DNA of 64,000 nucleotides from Strigamia acuminata (taxonomy: Eukaryota). The notes beneath the pieces were generated by a model. It had not been told where the DNA came from and ran no database searches. It worked only from the letters and a program-made list of their open reading frames with translations. Below, piece by piece: positions 15,107 to 28,400 of the stretch. How positions within the stretch are numbered: the first letter of the stretch is position 1; the number at the start of each line of letters is the position of its first letter. The translations under genes were made by a program, and so were the position numbers. Where the stretch lies: NCBI GenBank assembly GCA_949358305.1, contig OX442314.1:18104001-18168000 (forward strand). The letters are read 5' to 3'.

Positions 15107-15657
15107 CTAACCCTTCTTCTTCAGTTGAAGTGGCGGACGATGAGCCTGAAACACAGAAAACAAGACACGACACACTCAACACCGTTAACTTGTCTAACAT
15201 GGTCCAACACACACAGTAAATTTTAAATATTTTGCTACGTTAATCTATTTAGGACTTACGTTGTGAGTTTGCACGGCACCAGAGAAAGCAGTTTGGCAAT
15301 TGTTATAAGCTATTCCAAATCCCGATCCCATTCCAAAATAAATCGGCCAACCGCGACCTAGCAAAAAAAAAAAATGTTAAGGAAATATAACGGAAATAAA
15401 GAAACATACTTACGACCAAAAAGAAATAAGGAAAACACTATTCCGAGACCTAAGCCACCCCCTGTAAATTGTTCCAAATTTTTAACACACATTAGGCCTA
15501 ATGGACATTCGACATGCCGGCTAATATTTCATTTTTATACATTAAATTGCTCACCCATTTTTACTACCATATCTGTTATACAACGGTCCCATGTTTGTGC
15601 AAATTCCTCCTCGGATCGGAATCGCTGTAGCTTCGGTGCTTTTTCACATTTATCCAT
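15107..15657 (-). CDS. MICOS10: MICOS complex subunit Mic10 (4 exons; missed by the ORF track)
   Basis: Spliced translation is MDKCEKAPKLQRFRSEEEFAQTWDRCITDMVVKMGGGLGLGIVFSLFLFGRRGWPIYFGMGSGFGIAYNNCQTAFSGAVQTHNAHRPPLQLKKKG*. It has WDRC, two Gly-zipper TM segments, the RRxWP loop and GxGxGxAYxNC, all typical of Mic10. Confidence 0.92.
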
Positions 15658-16334
15658 TTTTTTTGTCAAGAGATTTTTGTCGTCCGCAGAATTTAGAAAC
15701 AATCACGACTTACAAAGCGTATAAGGCGTGCTCAAGCAATTCTTTTATAGAAAATTGTTTGAATATTCATATTATCCCTGCGGTACTATATTTGAATATT
15801 AAAAAAATACAACTTATTAACATTTATATTGGTAATTTCAAAATTAAATCTCGGGCTTATACTGTTAAAAATCTAGTTCAAATCTAAACCGTAGTTCTTT
15901 TCAGAATCGATTTATAAAAATGTGTCTCATTTTTGTCAGTACCACTCTTTTGTTACAAATTATTATTTTATTTTTTTCTGTTTATATACGTGAATGCTAG
16001 TATTATTACACGTATTAATACATTTTATACTTATTAACACGCCTCATTTATATTTGTGGCTTGGGTTAAGTATAGATGGCGTGCAATACTTTTTTAACAT
16101 TAAACAACCAGCAACTTTCATGTTTAAATATTTTAAAAAACACAAAAGAAATAATATGATTATGATTTTTACTGAAGCCCAATCATTAAAATATCTGTAA
16201 AATGAAGCCAATTCTTAGTGGTACAACCCATGTAAACTATGGTGAGCTCATCTAGACTACTTGATCGTCGTCTGCTTATCAAATGCCATCTGACACACCC
16301 TTTTCCTTCCTGTTCTTTCGACAAATTAGGTGCA

Positions 16335-18016
16335 ATGGCAACTCCCGAGCGGGCTAAAGACAATGACAACGATTCTGTCACTGGAAGTACGATCATTAGC
16401 GAGTTTATGCAACGAAGAACCAGCACATTAAATACCATATTTGGGAAGGTATATTTACATTGTCATTAATTGGTTCATTGTTATGAATATTTGATTGAAT
16501 TGATAGATCCGACATGTGGATAACATCGAAAAATGCGAATGGGTATTCATAGCAATTGGAATAGTAAGTGCCCTTGCCTCTTTAGGACTCACGGTAGAAA
16601 GAATGATAACATTAGACAATAGCTCGCCCGATTTCACATTTGCACTGCTACTTGCTGTCAACATATGTAATTTCACGTACATTTTATTAGTTTAAACATT
16701 TCCCATCTCAGCTTTTGCATCTCTTTTAACGCAGTGTTTTGCATCTACTACCTGTTGCGGGGGATCCTTCAGGAGCGGCCGTTGGAAATTTTTGTTTTTA
16801 TTGTTACAAATTTAATTGTAACTGTTTACGTTATCATCAACTACACCATTCAAAGTCGCGATTCGACGTTAAAATTGGTAACATTGGAAAAAAATATATA
16901 AAATAAATAGTAGCACCTGTGGCACAGGTGGTGTTTATTCAATCGATATTTTTATTTTCAGGTGAGACTCATAATGACCAGCATTTTTGGCTCAATCAAT
17001 GTTGCTTTAGGAATCAAATATTTCTTACAATATTGGAGCTCGAGCAATTATGTGTTTCGAATTACACCCATCCCTGATCTGCAGAGAATATGTCGGATTT
17101 TCTTATGGTGCGAAGGGTTTTTGGTGTTTGATATTCAATTCCAAGTAAATCAAACTAAATGACATCAATATTTAGCAATGAATAGTAATACTACTATTAC
17201 TGCAGGTCAGTTTACTCATTCTAGTCCTGAAAAGTGGCGTGGAAATCTCTGAAACCGAGACAATTATCATAATAGTTGGAGTTGTTTGCACCGTTCCATG
17301 GCTAATCGTCGGTTACATCGCTGTAAATAAACATAAAAAAACGATATTACTTAACAACAATAATTTATTTTTCTGCCTGCATTTCGCTTTCTACAGTTAA
17401 GAAAAGAGAATAAAATCATGTGTTACATTTTCTGGGCAACGAGTTGGATTTCACCCGGCTACGTCATATACAAGTTCATTAATCCCGTAAGTTGCGTAAA
17501 AGTAACGAGTAACGTCATCTAACATTTCTGGTTTGTGCAGATGGAATTTAGCTTACTGAGAATCCTGTACTCGGTAACCTTCATCACATGCACCGTTGCA
17601 CTGTTAATCCGTCTTTTGCTAGTGATCAGCACTGTAATTGCATTTCGAAACTTCCAAAAGGGCTACAGAGAGATAAGTAAGAATTGTTAAACCAATCCAG
17701 TAAAGCCTTCACTACTAATAAGTTTCAGCCGAAGCATCACTAACAACTGCCAGCCGAGATTCGCACGTTCGTTACTCGAGTCACGATACAGATTATTCCA
17801 CAATTCATGTTCATTGAGGTGACCTCCATTGTTCTCGGTGGTGGTGAAGCGCATGTTTTTAATAATAATTACTAATAATAATAACAACCTCGCACACCGT
17901 TAACTAGTTTCATCCGTCAATACTAATAACTTTGCTTTATCTATGCAGGGTGCGGCATTCCTGTTCCCAATGACGCCAATAAACTCGTAGTTCAGCCAAA
18001 CGCTGAAACTGCTTAA
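16335..18016 (+). CDS. Uncharacterised multi-pass membrane protein (resembles UPF0658-type TM proteins)
   Basis: About 8 short exons with consistent GT-AG boundaries encode several hydrophobic segments (CEWVFIAIGIVSALASLGLTVERM; GILQERPLEIFVF; FLVFDIQFQVSLLILVL; LRKENK; IAFRNFQKG). Two phase-compatible last exons exist, with stops at 17817 or 18016. The family assignment is tentative. Confidence 0.7.
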
Positions 18017-18249
18017 GACAAAAAACGAGAGATACTTAAATGAATCCACTAATCAATGCTTTAAAATAGTCAGATTTTTTATTGTTATTAATAATTAATA
18101 ATTGACAACTGATAATTATACTAAAAAAAATAAAAATTATATATTTTGTTTCTTGTAACACATGATTCCAATTTTCGCAATCAAGTACTAGAAACGCTTC
18201 ATTAAATGACAACAATTGAATTTTGATGACTTAAAACCGATAAACCATG

Positions 18250-21200
18250 TCATCGTCTACTTCTATCACGTGACCTGCTTCGATGGTGACCATTGTCTCT
18301 AGTTATGAGCCTATCCTTCCTGGATACCTTATATTTATCGTACGATCTCGACCTCGATCTGGAACGATCCCGGTGATTTCTGTCTCGCGATCTTGACCTG
18401 GATTTGAATCGCGATCGCGATTCTTTGTGGTGGTGATGGTGGTGGTGATGTCGGTGGTGGCTCTTTTTCGAACCACTTCCGCTGGAAGCTGTGTGGCGGA
18501 CGTGCGGCGACCTACTGTACGATCGGCTCGGCGACCGGGACCGCCTGCGTTTATGAGATGAGTTTGAGGTGCGTTTTATGTCTTTACTGTTGGTATGTTC
18601 GTGCATCGGTGAACGAGATCTGCTTCGCGATCTTGAACGTGATTTTCTTGTGTCCTTGTAACTTCTTGGCGGCGTCCTCGCTTTTCGTTTGGGCGAAACA
18701 CTGGTGGAATTGCTTCGACTCGACCGAGTACGTCCGCTTTTGTTCGAATCTGGCGTCCGACTACGTTTTTTCACATGGTTCGCTTCTCTATTTCTTGGAC
18801 TATGCTCTATTTTCTCATCGTCCTTTGACCTCTCTTTTTTACCGTCTATCGGGGACTTGTCTTGCTTCGGAGTATCTACCAAAATCAAACAACAAAATTA
18901 ACATCAAAACTATAAAAATAAAATAAACTTCGTCTTACTTTGACGCGAACTTGGAGAAAATCCACTTCCCCGTGGTATATTATTTTCCAAGATCCCTTTC
19001 GCTTTCATCTTAGCCTCTAACTGAGTCTTTCTAATATCTTCAACTACTTTATCCAACGCCTCGTCGTCCGTTTTGCGACGCGTACACCATTTCAGAATGG
19101 TGTAGCTAATGATATCAATCTCTTGCTCCGTGACACCAAACAACAAGTACCATGCAGGTCGGTTTGGTAAAGCAAACTAAAAAAGAAAAAAACATTAGTA
19201 AACTTAAAAATTAAATAAATCAAGCATTTTTCATATACCTTTAGCTGACGGGCACTTAGGTGTATGCAAGCACAAGCAACAGCTTCTGGTTGGTAACGCA
19301 AAAAAATATCAGTTCGTAGACTATCATTCATATAATTCCTACAAATAGCCATTCAAAAAACTTGTTAGCAGCACTTCATTAACCCACAACATTACTAAAA
19401 TATTCCAACATTTGTATTTAAAAAAAAAAAGTTTAGTATTTACTCTCGTAATTTGAGTACTTCAACCTACCAGAATCCGTACTAAAATAAAGTAAATGCT
19501 AAACTGTAAGCACAAAACGCAGTCTGATTACCAGCAGCATAAACCACAACAAATAATTCAAAATTCACATTAATTTTAAATTTCTTCAGAGATAAGAGCT
19601 GCCAAATTTCACATTTTCCATCGACTGTCCTTGTGGAAACATCAATCAATCAGACTTTTCACTCGTAAAATGTTCCTCCAAACACAACTGTCCATGAAAC
19701 ACTCCCTTGATGTCCATGTGAACTCAATAGCTTAACACTCCCACTTCTTTCCGACGCCAAAGAAGGGTGCAACTGTTGAGTCTGAAAAATTGTAGGACTG
19801 GCAAAACATTGTTTAAAAAAAAAAATTTCTTCGTCACTACTGGTCATGCATTAAGTTGTCACTTTTTACATATTAAAAAACTTCGTATGTAAAAAATACT
19901 CAATCCTTTTTTTTTTTTAACACTAGATTTAAATCTGATAGCTTCAGTTAAAACTGGTGTCCATGTGCTCACGGTTTAATAGCCGAGTTTCACCAATTTC
20001 ATCTTAAACTGATCACGTCATGTGTTCCAGTAGATGTTGGGTCGGTGGAATTTTCTTCTCTGCAATCAATTTGTCCTCACCTCTCCTTGTTGATGCTGCT
20101 GGTAACCTTGGCTTCTATTTGTGCTTACTTACCATTCGCCCGCCTTCACCTAATCGCTGTTAGGTGAAAAGCAAAAGAAATTTCAAATTAATAAGGTGTA
20201 CACCAATAAATATCTAAAATCTGCTCTCATTAAAAATGTCTAAAAATTAACAAAATAATAATAATAATAATTTCTTCTTTTTTTTTCACTTAAGTTTTAC
20301 CTAACTTTGTACAATATTCTTTCCCAGTTTCCACACTTGATTATTTCTTTTAATTTTTTTTTTAAATACAAAACTACTACTTAAAAACAATTTAAATGCT
20401 CACCAAGCACTTTGTGACAACTGCAAATTAGTTTCGTTGTTCAACACTTGGAGATACGTCATGATTATCTAAAAAATTAAATAAAACAAATAAATAATAC
20501 GAATTTTTTAAAAAATAATTCAAACTACCTTATGAGGATGTTTAACGTGAACACAGAATCCCAATTCCTTGAGCACGCGTCTCTCCGCTTTGACCACCTG
20601 GTTTTTTAAGTTGATGTAATTATGGTCTAAGAGGAGTGGCTGGATTTGTCTATATTTGAAAGAAACAATTGCATTCAAGAGCACAAAACTATTTACATTT
20701 GATTAGAATCATTAAAACGTCCATTTGCAGTTTGTTTGTTCTTTTAGTGGAACAGATCATTAATTTACCACGTTCCCTACCCTCTCCATCCAAACCAAAA
20801 ATTCTTTTATTATATATAAATATTTTTTTTTATAAAAAAAAAAAGATTTAAAATTAAAATTAAATTAATCCTTTCTGCCCACGCAGTCGGCGCATACAAA
20901 CCATCCACAGATGATAGCGTTTTACACAAGCACCCGACTTCGCCAGGCATTTACAAGCTCAAGCTGGCATGTCAGGCAGTAAGTTGGGGCTCTCCAAAGG
21001 GCACATGTTGACGAAACTATAAGTTGCACAAAAAGAAAACATCCAACGTTATTACTGTTCCAATTCAAGATGCTATAAACCAATTTTAAAAGTTTAAGAA
21101 CGGTGTATGCAAATAAATTGTGAGGGTTTTACAATCATTTCAAATTTTTTTTTTAACACCTCAGCAACTCTTTGCGCCACATCATTCTTGTTAAATTCTG

Positions 21201-22203
21201 CAAAACAAACGTTATTTCTAAAATTATAAGATAGAATTAGTTCCCTGAGAAGCTCCGACATCTAATTTTTTACCTAATTTCTTGGAAGAAAAATTAATTC
21301 AACACTGCAAATGAACTTTTCAATGCTAATACATTTATGTTTCACGTAAATCATTTTGTGAATTGAGAATTTTCTTCACAAAATCACCTACTTAACAATT
21401 ACAATCAAACAAAATAGAAAAATGTGTACCTACCGATTATTTCTCACTTGTTTAACGTGATTAAATACATTTATAACATCTCGAATTCGTCGCGGCGCTT
21501 CTTCAATTTTAGAAGCTAGGTAAACGCATCCCATCGCAACTGTCTGAAAAATATAACATTTGAAAAATTAATACCTTTTTCCAAAAAAAACACTTCTTTT
21601 ATTTCCTAACCTCCATGTTGTGTTTAATGAAAGACTTGGAATAAAAGAATCTCTGGAAAAGCACTTGTCCAGTTGCCATAGCAACCTGTTAAAACAAAAA
21701 TATATTTAAAAACAAGACGTCACGAGGAAATTCATCGTAATTCTTAGAAAAACCACACTTTAGATTTACAGCTAACAAAGAACGTAACGGCCGCCATTTT
21801 GAAATGTTGTTCCGATCCATTTAAACGGCTTTTCATCATACATGAAATCATGTTTCAAGAACGCATTTCAACATAATGACCAAAAATACCCCACTAAACC
21901 ATTTAATACAACCCAAAAGTCGAATAAAAAAATTTCAAAATATTGAATTATACGCAATCATACCTGAGGAAGCCGAAGAAAAATGCCTGCAGTTTGAATG
22001 AGTTCACATCCCAAGATACGAAGATCGATTTCGTACTCGAGATCCAATCCATCGGCACAAGAAGGTGTTATAGCTAACTTCTCTTCCGGTAATAAGCAAT
22101 TTTTTAACGTTAGTACAACTTTACCGTAGGGTTTAAGCAAAAAATCCGGCCTTGTTGTACTAGCCATTTTAAGAACATCGAGCGGCAGTAATGGCGACGG
22201 CAT
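18250..22203 (-). CDS. CCNL1: Cyclin L (cyclin box plus C-terminal RS domain with poly-His)
   Basis: [83 protein letters not shown] and [15 protein letters not shown], followed by the RS-rich terminal exon 18250-~18880. This is the single invertebrate CCNL1/2 co-orthologue. Confidence 0.95.
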
Positions 22204-22430
22204 TTTGCTTACACCTACCTATCCTATACAAAGGAAGAGAGCAACGTCGGGCCGACGTCATCAACAGCATCCTGTAGAAATGACGTCACCCAATCAATAC
22301 CCCGCCATCTCACGGCGGTGATCTCAACTTTCAATTTGGCTCGAAGTCGCTGTTGGCACCGGGTTGACTTATAGCAAGATGTGAAATTTAGTTTTATAAT
22401 TAATCCGTATCTAATTATTACTTTATTGGT
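22204..22430. promoter_or_regulatory. Compact bidirectional promoter region (cyclin L / SDF4)
   Basis: The divergent ATGs are 227 bp apart. The gap contains a CRE palindrome TGACGTCA (22281-22288), a second GACGTCA (~22254) and a YY1-like CCGCCAT (~22302). Confidence 0.6.
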
Positions 22431-23755
22431 ATGTGTTATTTGTTTCTCTCTTTGGCCTTAATTGGGCTAAGTACATCGGCTCCTTTTCCGTCGTACAATG
22501 CAAGCTTAAAAAAGACTTCGGATGTACCGAATGCCCAAGACCTCATTATACCTGACCACTTGGAAGGAGTCAAACTCGAACGAGATGGACATTTAAATAA
22601 AGAATTTCGTAAGGAAGTGTTTTTGGGTAAAAGTCCCGAAGAAACCGAAAACCCCGAAATATTATTGACTGAAATTTTTCAAAAGTAGGTTGAAGTGCGC
22701 AGAGTTTAATCCATTAATTCGATTAAATCAATAAAACTTGACATTTTTAGAGTCGATGTAGACGGAAATGAAGAATTGACACATGAAGAATTATCCAATT
22801 GGATTTCAGCTAAAGTTAAAGAACATTTAGACGAAGCTGTAAGAGAAAATATTTATCTTTTTACTAATGTAGATAAGGATAGAAACGGTAATTACGTATT
22901 AATTATTAAACTGTTCCTTAAATTGGAATTACCTTGTTTTGTACTTCTCGTGATTAGGCTTGGCAACTTGGAAGGAATACCATTATGCTTTCATGTTAGA
23001 TCAAGGTTTTGAGGAGAAATATGCGAGAGATCATGCTGAGAATCATAAAATATTGGATAGAAAAAGTAAAACTTGAGGTTTATTATTTTTTAAAGTAAAT
23101 TGTATTTTAATATTCGATCTTTTTTCCTGTTAGCGAGAGAACAAATTTTGTTAGACGAAGCGGCTTTTTCAGAAACGGCTCATAATAATCCCGATGGCCT
23201 TAATATTGATGAGTTTTTAAGTTTTCGTCATCCCGAACGCAGCCTTGTTACACTTTTAAACATGGTTCAAGAAATATTTAATAATTTAGGTGTTTAATCC
23301 GCTTATTTAATTCTCGAATGTTTTTAATTCATTTAATGGTCAATTTTCAGACGAAAATGGAGATAATTATTTGAGTGTTGATGAATTCGCGACGTTTTCC
23401 AACGGCGCGCCAGATCCCAAAGAAATTAGAGCGAATGATCTCGTGTGGCAAGAAGAACGTAAACGTGAATTTCGGGAGAATATTGATAGTAATCAAGATG
23501 GGAAAGTTAGTCGGCAAGAATTATTGGTAGGAAATAAAGGATAATTTTGGAATTGTGTTTAAATTTGTTTGTTTTCAGTTTTATTCCGATCCAAAAAATC
23601 CTGCACACGCAAAATCAGAGGCGAAGAATTTAATTTCATCGGCTGATACTGATCACAGCGGAACTTTGTCATTACAAGAAATTTTAGCGAAGAAGGACAT
23701 TTTTCTTGGTAGTAAAATGATAAACATTTCGAAAAATTTTCACGATGAATTTTAA
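22431..23755 (+). CDS. SDF4: 45 kDa calcium-binding protein Cab45 (CREC family, EF-hands)
   Basis: Signal peptide, [26 protein letters not shown], several EF-hands ([38 protein letters not shown]), EFLSFRHPE and C-terminal HDEF. Confidence 0.93.
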
Positions 23756-24292
23756 ATTCAGCAATAGTTGTAAAAAATCAATAAAGTATTGTAAATATCT
23801 TTAATAAAAATTCATATTAAATAAAAATGCTTAAAGGTTCATGGAAATTTGACAAAAAAAGGATCATCGTAACGAAATTTAGGTCTTCAAATAATTCAAA
23901 TGTTGTAATTAAATTCACAGTCAACCAAGAAAAAAAGAAATGCAGAAATTAATTAGAACTGACAAATCCAAATTGTCTCGTTGCTAATCTGCATGTTTTC
24001 AATAGAGTCCAGATCGATTTAAATATTAAATGATAATAGGTAAATATAATAAAAAAAAAATTGATTAAAAAACTGACAAAAATATATATTTTTGGTAAAA
24101 AAGAACTAATAAAACAAATTGGTGTTGATGTTAATTTATTTTAAAAAAATCAAAATTAAATTATAGTGCTGGAAACTGCAGAATCTTATTTTTCACAATT
24201 TTTCTTTTTGAAATTTAAAAAAGGATGAACAAAGAAATTAACATTTTGTAAAGTAAGTTTCAGCAAAAACCTGAATTATAATAACAAAGAAA

Positions 24293-24859
24293 TTACGAAT
24301 ATTTAACATGACTTCTCACTATCTTCACATCATCCAACGGTCTATCATTCCCGTCTGTTTCTACCCATCCAAGTCTCTGCACAACATTCATGCCACTGCT
24401 TATTCGCCCGAAAATGGTATGTTTCTTATCCAACCATTGAGTCGGTGCCAATGTAATGAAAAATTGACTGCCGTTTGTATTTGGACCTGCATTTGCCATA
24501 GATAAAATTCCGGCTCCCGTGTGATGCAAATCTTCGTGGATTTCATCGTCGAAATGTTTGCCGTAGATGGATCCACCACCACGACCAGTCCCGGTCGGGT
24601 CTCCACCTTGTATCATAAACTCTTTGATTATTCGATGAAATTTACATCCGTTGTAATATCCACGTCGAGCCAACTCGGCAAAATTTTTGCACGTGTGTGG
24701 CGCATGTTGCCAATACAGCTCTACGGTAAAATCTCCCAACCTAATAGAATAAAAAAATCACATAAAATCTTATTTAAAACAAGAAAAAGAATAAGAAACT
24801 TACGTTGTTTCTAATTGAACGAGTGGTGGCTGCCACGATTTGTCTGGAATACCCGACAT
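24293..24859 (-). CDS. PPIL1: Peptidyl-prolyl cis-trans isomerase-like 1 (spliceosomal cyclophilin), 2 exons
   Basis: Exon 1 reads MSGIPDKSWQPPLVQLET (ATG at 24859). Exon 2 gives VELYWQHAPHTCKNFAELARRGYYNG, FMIQGGDPTGTGRGG and TLAPTQWLDKKHTIFGR. Confidence 0.96.
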
Positions 24860-25468
24860 TTTGTGTCAGCTATTTGTCTCGGGTTTTTGCGGGAAAAACG
24901 TTGCGCTATCTAGTGAGAAACAACCTAAGCTTTCATTGCAGAATATGGCGCAGAATATTTACGAGAAATTAATATTTCGCCTAAAAATCGATAAATGCAT
25001 CTCTTTTTATACTTCTACATAATTTTTATTTATTTATAAAATATAAAAATTAAAATATATAAATAAATTTGTCATTGGCATGATGGATGATGCATTACAA
25101 TAAAAAAAAATCATCCATCAAATTTTTTTTTTTAATTTTAAGTTTTTCATGGTCTTTTAAAGATGTTAAGGCCGAATCCCAAAATATACAAAATTCACAA
25201 CACAAATTCCTTTTACAATAATTATATTCGAAAATAAATTACAATACAGAGTATTTTATGTACTTTTAATAATAGCATCAAATGAGACTGATCATGATAG
25301 TATGTAATGATAAATTACAAAATTACAAATTAATTAATATAGTTTAAAAAAAATTTCTTCCCTTATTATATCAACTATAAAAAAAATTCACTTATCTACG
25401 TCCATTAAAAAAAAAAATACTGGTGCAAAATATATATACATGATAATTTTAAATGAACATTTTCGAAC

Positions 25469-28400
25469 TTATAAACATTGACTTATTTCTATTTCACGAA
25501 CGCATTTTTTACATTTCACATAACAGCACCATTGAAATTTACAATTACAGCGTTCAATTACTCGCTCTTTACGGGTACGAAATCCACGACCACAACATAA
25601 AAGATCACACCCATCCACACCTTTAGATGTACGGTTACAAACTCGTCCGTGAGTTCCAAGCGATCCAGCTTTAGGATCAAATTCACAATAATCCGGACTG
25701 TTATTCAAATAGACCAAATCTGTATCCGTATGCGGTTTAAAAAATGGATTTAGTGGAATTAATTCACGTCGCGATCCTTTTTTCCTTTGTGAAACTTCTG
25801 TGGCACCATCAAACTTATCTTTTAGTGACTGACCCACCTAAAAATTAATAAAATAAAAATAAAAATAAAAAAACAATTTTGCGAATTTTAATTTTCACTT
25901 CCTGAAAGCATTTTTACCTCTCTAAATGTTGGCATCGACCTCCAACAGGTTTTGAGTTCACAGGAACCAGAAACACCATGGCATTTGCATTCAACGTGAA
26001 CGTTGTCTTCAAGAATCTTTTTTTTTAAAGAAAAAAAAAACATAAGTTATGAGTTTAATGAAGAAAACTAAATTTATGGTTGGATGAAACAGAACGGCAA
26101 AGGGAGTAGGCTTAACGAAAAGGGGGAGTGGGAAAACCAATGCTAACGAAACCTCATCTATCAGACAAAACAGGGAGTGATAAAAAGAAAAGTGATGCAT
26201 ATTTAGCGCGGAATAAACAAGATAACGTAATGGTTCGCGTAATCTCTCGGTCAATTTCAATTTATAATTGAAATTTATTCAAATTAAAAACCCCGCCCGA
26301 AAGTTGCCTTTTCAGCACACAGCATTTGCACATCCAGTTAATCCAAAGAATTAATTTGCAAATCGCAACATCGATCGGCGAAAAAAAGATATTTGTTTTA
26401 TTAACAGCACCAATAGAAAAATCGCATCCAACTAAAGGACGAGTTGTTTAAGTCAGAGCGCATAATTTAGTCATGTGTGAAACTCAATGAGATGAGTGTC
26501 CTGGTGTAATGTCATCCATTTTTCATGAAATCAGTTAAAGAGAGGGTTCGTCTATTATCATCCCTCCCCTCATCCTTCATGAGATGCGTTCAATTCTTTT
26601 GTGCCTTTCCCCTCCTCCATCACGCACATGATTGAAGGCAGTTCGTTCTGGCCTTTGACCCCTCTTCCGTCAACAGGAGTTTGCGTGCAACTCAAAACTC
26701 GGCACCAATCCACTACGTGGTTTGTAATCCAGCTATTAAAATTCCAAGAACAGGTCTATTTTGCGGCTTTTAGGCAAAGCAAGCCGCGTCTTAAGCCTCA
26801 CTTAGCGAACCAACTCCCAAAAATGGGTAATCAACTGATCCTAATCCCTTAAACATATGTTTAGCGTTTCGTACCTGTCTGCCGGCTTCGTTGTTGTGTA
26901 GATTCATCAGAGCGAGAATAGAGGATTTAGATTTTTTCGTGGATGCACGAATTTCTCGCACGTCGACAAACGCCCGTGAGAATGCCGTGCCAAACGCAAC
27001 GTTGTCCGAACACCCCGACCATTGGAAACCTTCGTTCGATTTGCCGCGAACACTTCGGTCGCAACCGCATTTATCCAATTCACCTGTACTGCATGCGCGG
27101 GTCACTGCATGCGCCACACCCGCAGCAGAAACTGCGTGCACGAAAGCTGCTTCCCGTGTTCCTATACAAAAGAAATAAACAAACGACAAAATATTTTTCA
27201 GCTGAGACATTTCCTGTTACATTAATTGAAATTCACGTCATAAAATAAACGTACCTGAAATGAGCTTATGTCTCCACAAACGATTGTCTTGTAAAACACT
27301 GCAGTTCCAACGTCGAGTGCGAAACTGGAACTGACATTCGTCGATAGCGGTGAGAGCTCCGTCGCGTACGCTTCCCATCACTTCGACATTCCTCTTACAA
27401 ATTGCTATTTGGCGACTTATAAGCCCGTACAGTCGCTCGCAAGCATCCTCGTTAGTAACAGTGGCGACGGACGATACGCGTGACAATGCCCTAAATGGAA
27501 TATAATTTCAGATTGTTAACGAACATAACACTAGCCCGTTTTATTTCGTATTTTATTTCATATGTTTGGCCCAACAAGCCCACCTTCGTCGTGCGTGGGC
27601 GGGGTCATCATGCACGTGGGTGGTCAGATGTCCAAGTGCAGATGGGTGGGCGAAAGGACAAAAGAATTGAGCTGTCAGACTGGCGGAAGTTTAGCTGAGT
27701 GCTTGAGCTTCTAATTTACAAACCTCATTAAGCGAGCGCAAAGATAATTTCTCAGATGAACCACAAGTGAGAAAAGAATGCAATCAGCTTTCAGGGTGTG
27801 ATTGAAATGCATGGAATTTGCCCGACGCATCAGCGTCTCTCTCTTTTCACCCCTTCGTGCACATCCACCTACTTTCCCCTTCCTTCCTTCCCCTCCCTCC
27901 CCCCATCTTTATCACGACTTCCTACTGAAACCTTCCTTTGTCGTATTAATTTCCGAATTAAACAACTAGATAAAGTGAACTTCTCTCATTTCATACATAT
28001 TGATCAGGAAGCGACCACATGCTCATTTCCATGAGACGTGACAATTGAACAAACAAGAAGTGCCACTTTATGCTGCAGTTTATACGTGACACTTCTTTTA
28101 CCATCTGTCACGTTCGCCCTTGTCATTTGACGTTGCAGCTTTCATCTTCGTCTGCGAAGTGCGTTTCAATAAATAGAAACAAACTGACGTCTTATTAAAC
28201 TAACAAACTTTTCTTTCCCTTGCTCTTGTACAAAATTAATCATTACTTTTTGGATAATCGCAATAGAATAAGGGGGAAATATCTTAATTTTGAATTTTAG
28301 AAAAATTTGCCTTCAAACATATTAATATTTTTCATCAGTTGCAGCTGTTGTTCTGTCAGCTGTCAAAAGGAGTAATCTCCACCTTATAGAGACAGATATT

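Noticed and set aside
18558..18926. Plus-strand ORFs over the cyclin L RS exon (and similar shadows over the CATs, Wnt4 and HES)
   Set aside because: These are antisense or alternate-frame shadows of well-supported genes.
24840..25022. Plus-strand ORF starting (L)SGIPD, mirroring the PPIL1 N-terminus MSGIPD
   Set aside because: A short imperfect palindrome at the PPIL1 start explains it. The ORF has a TTG start and no other coding support.
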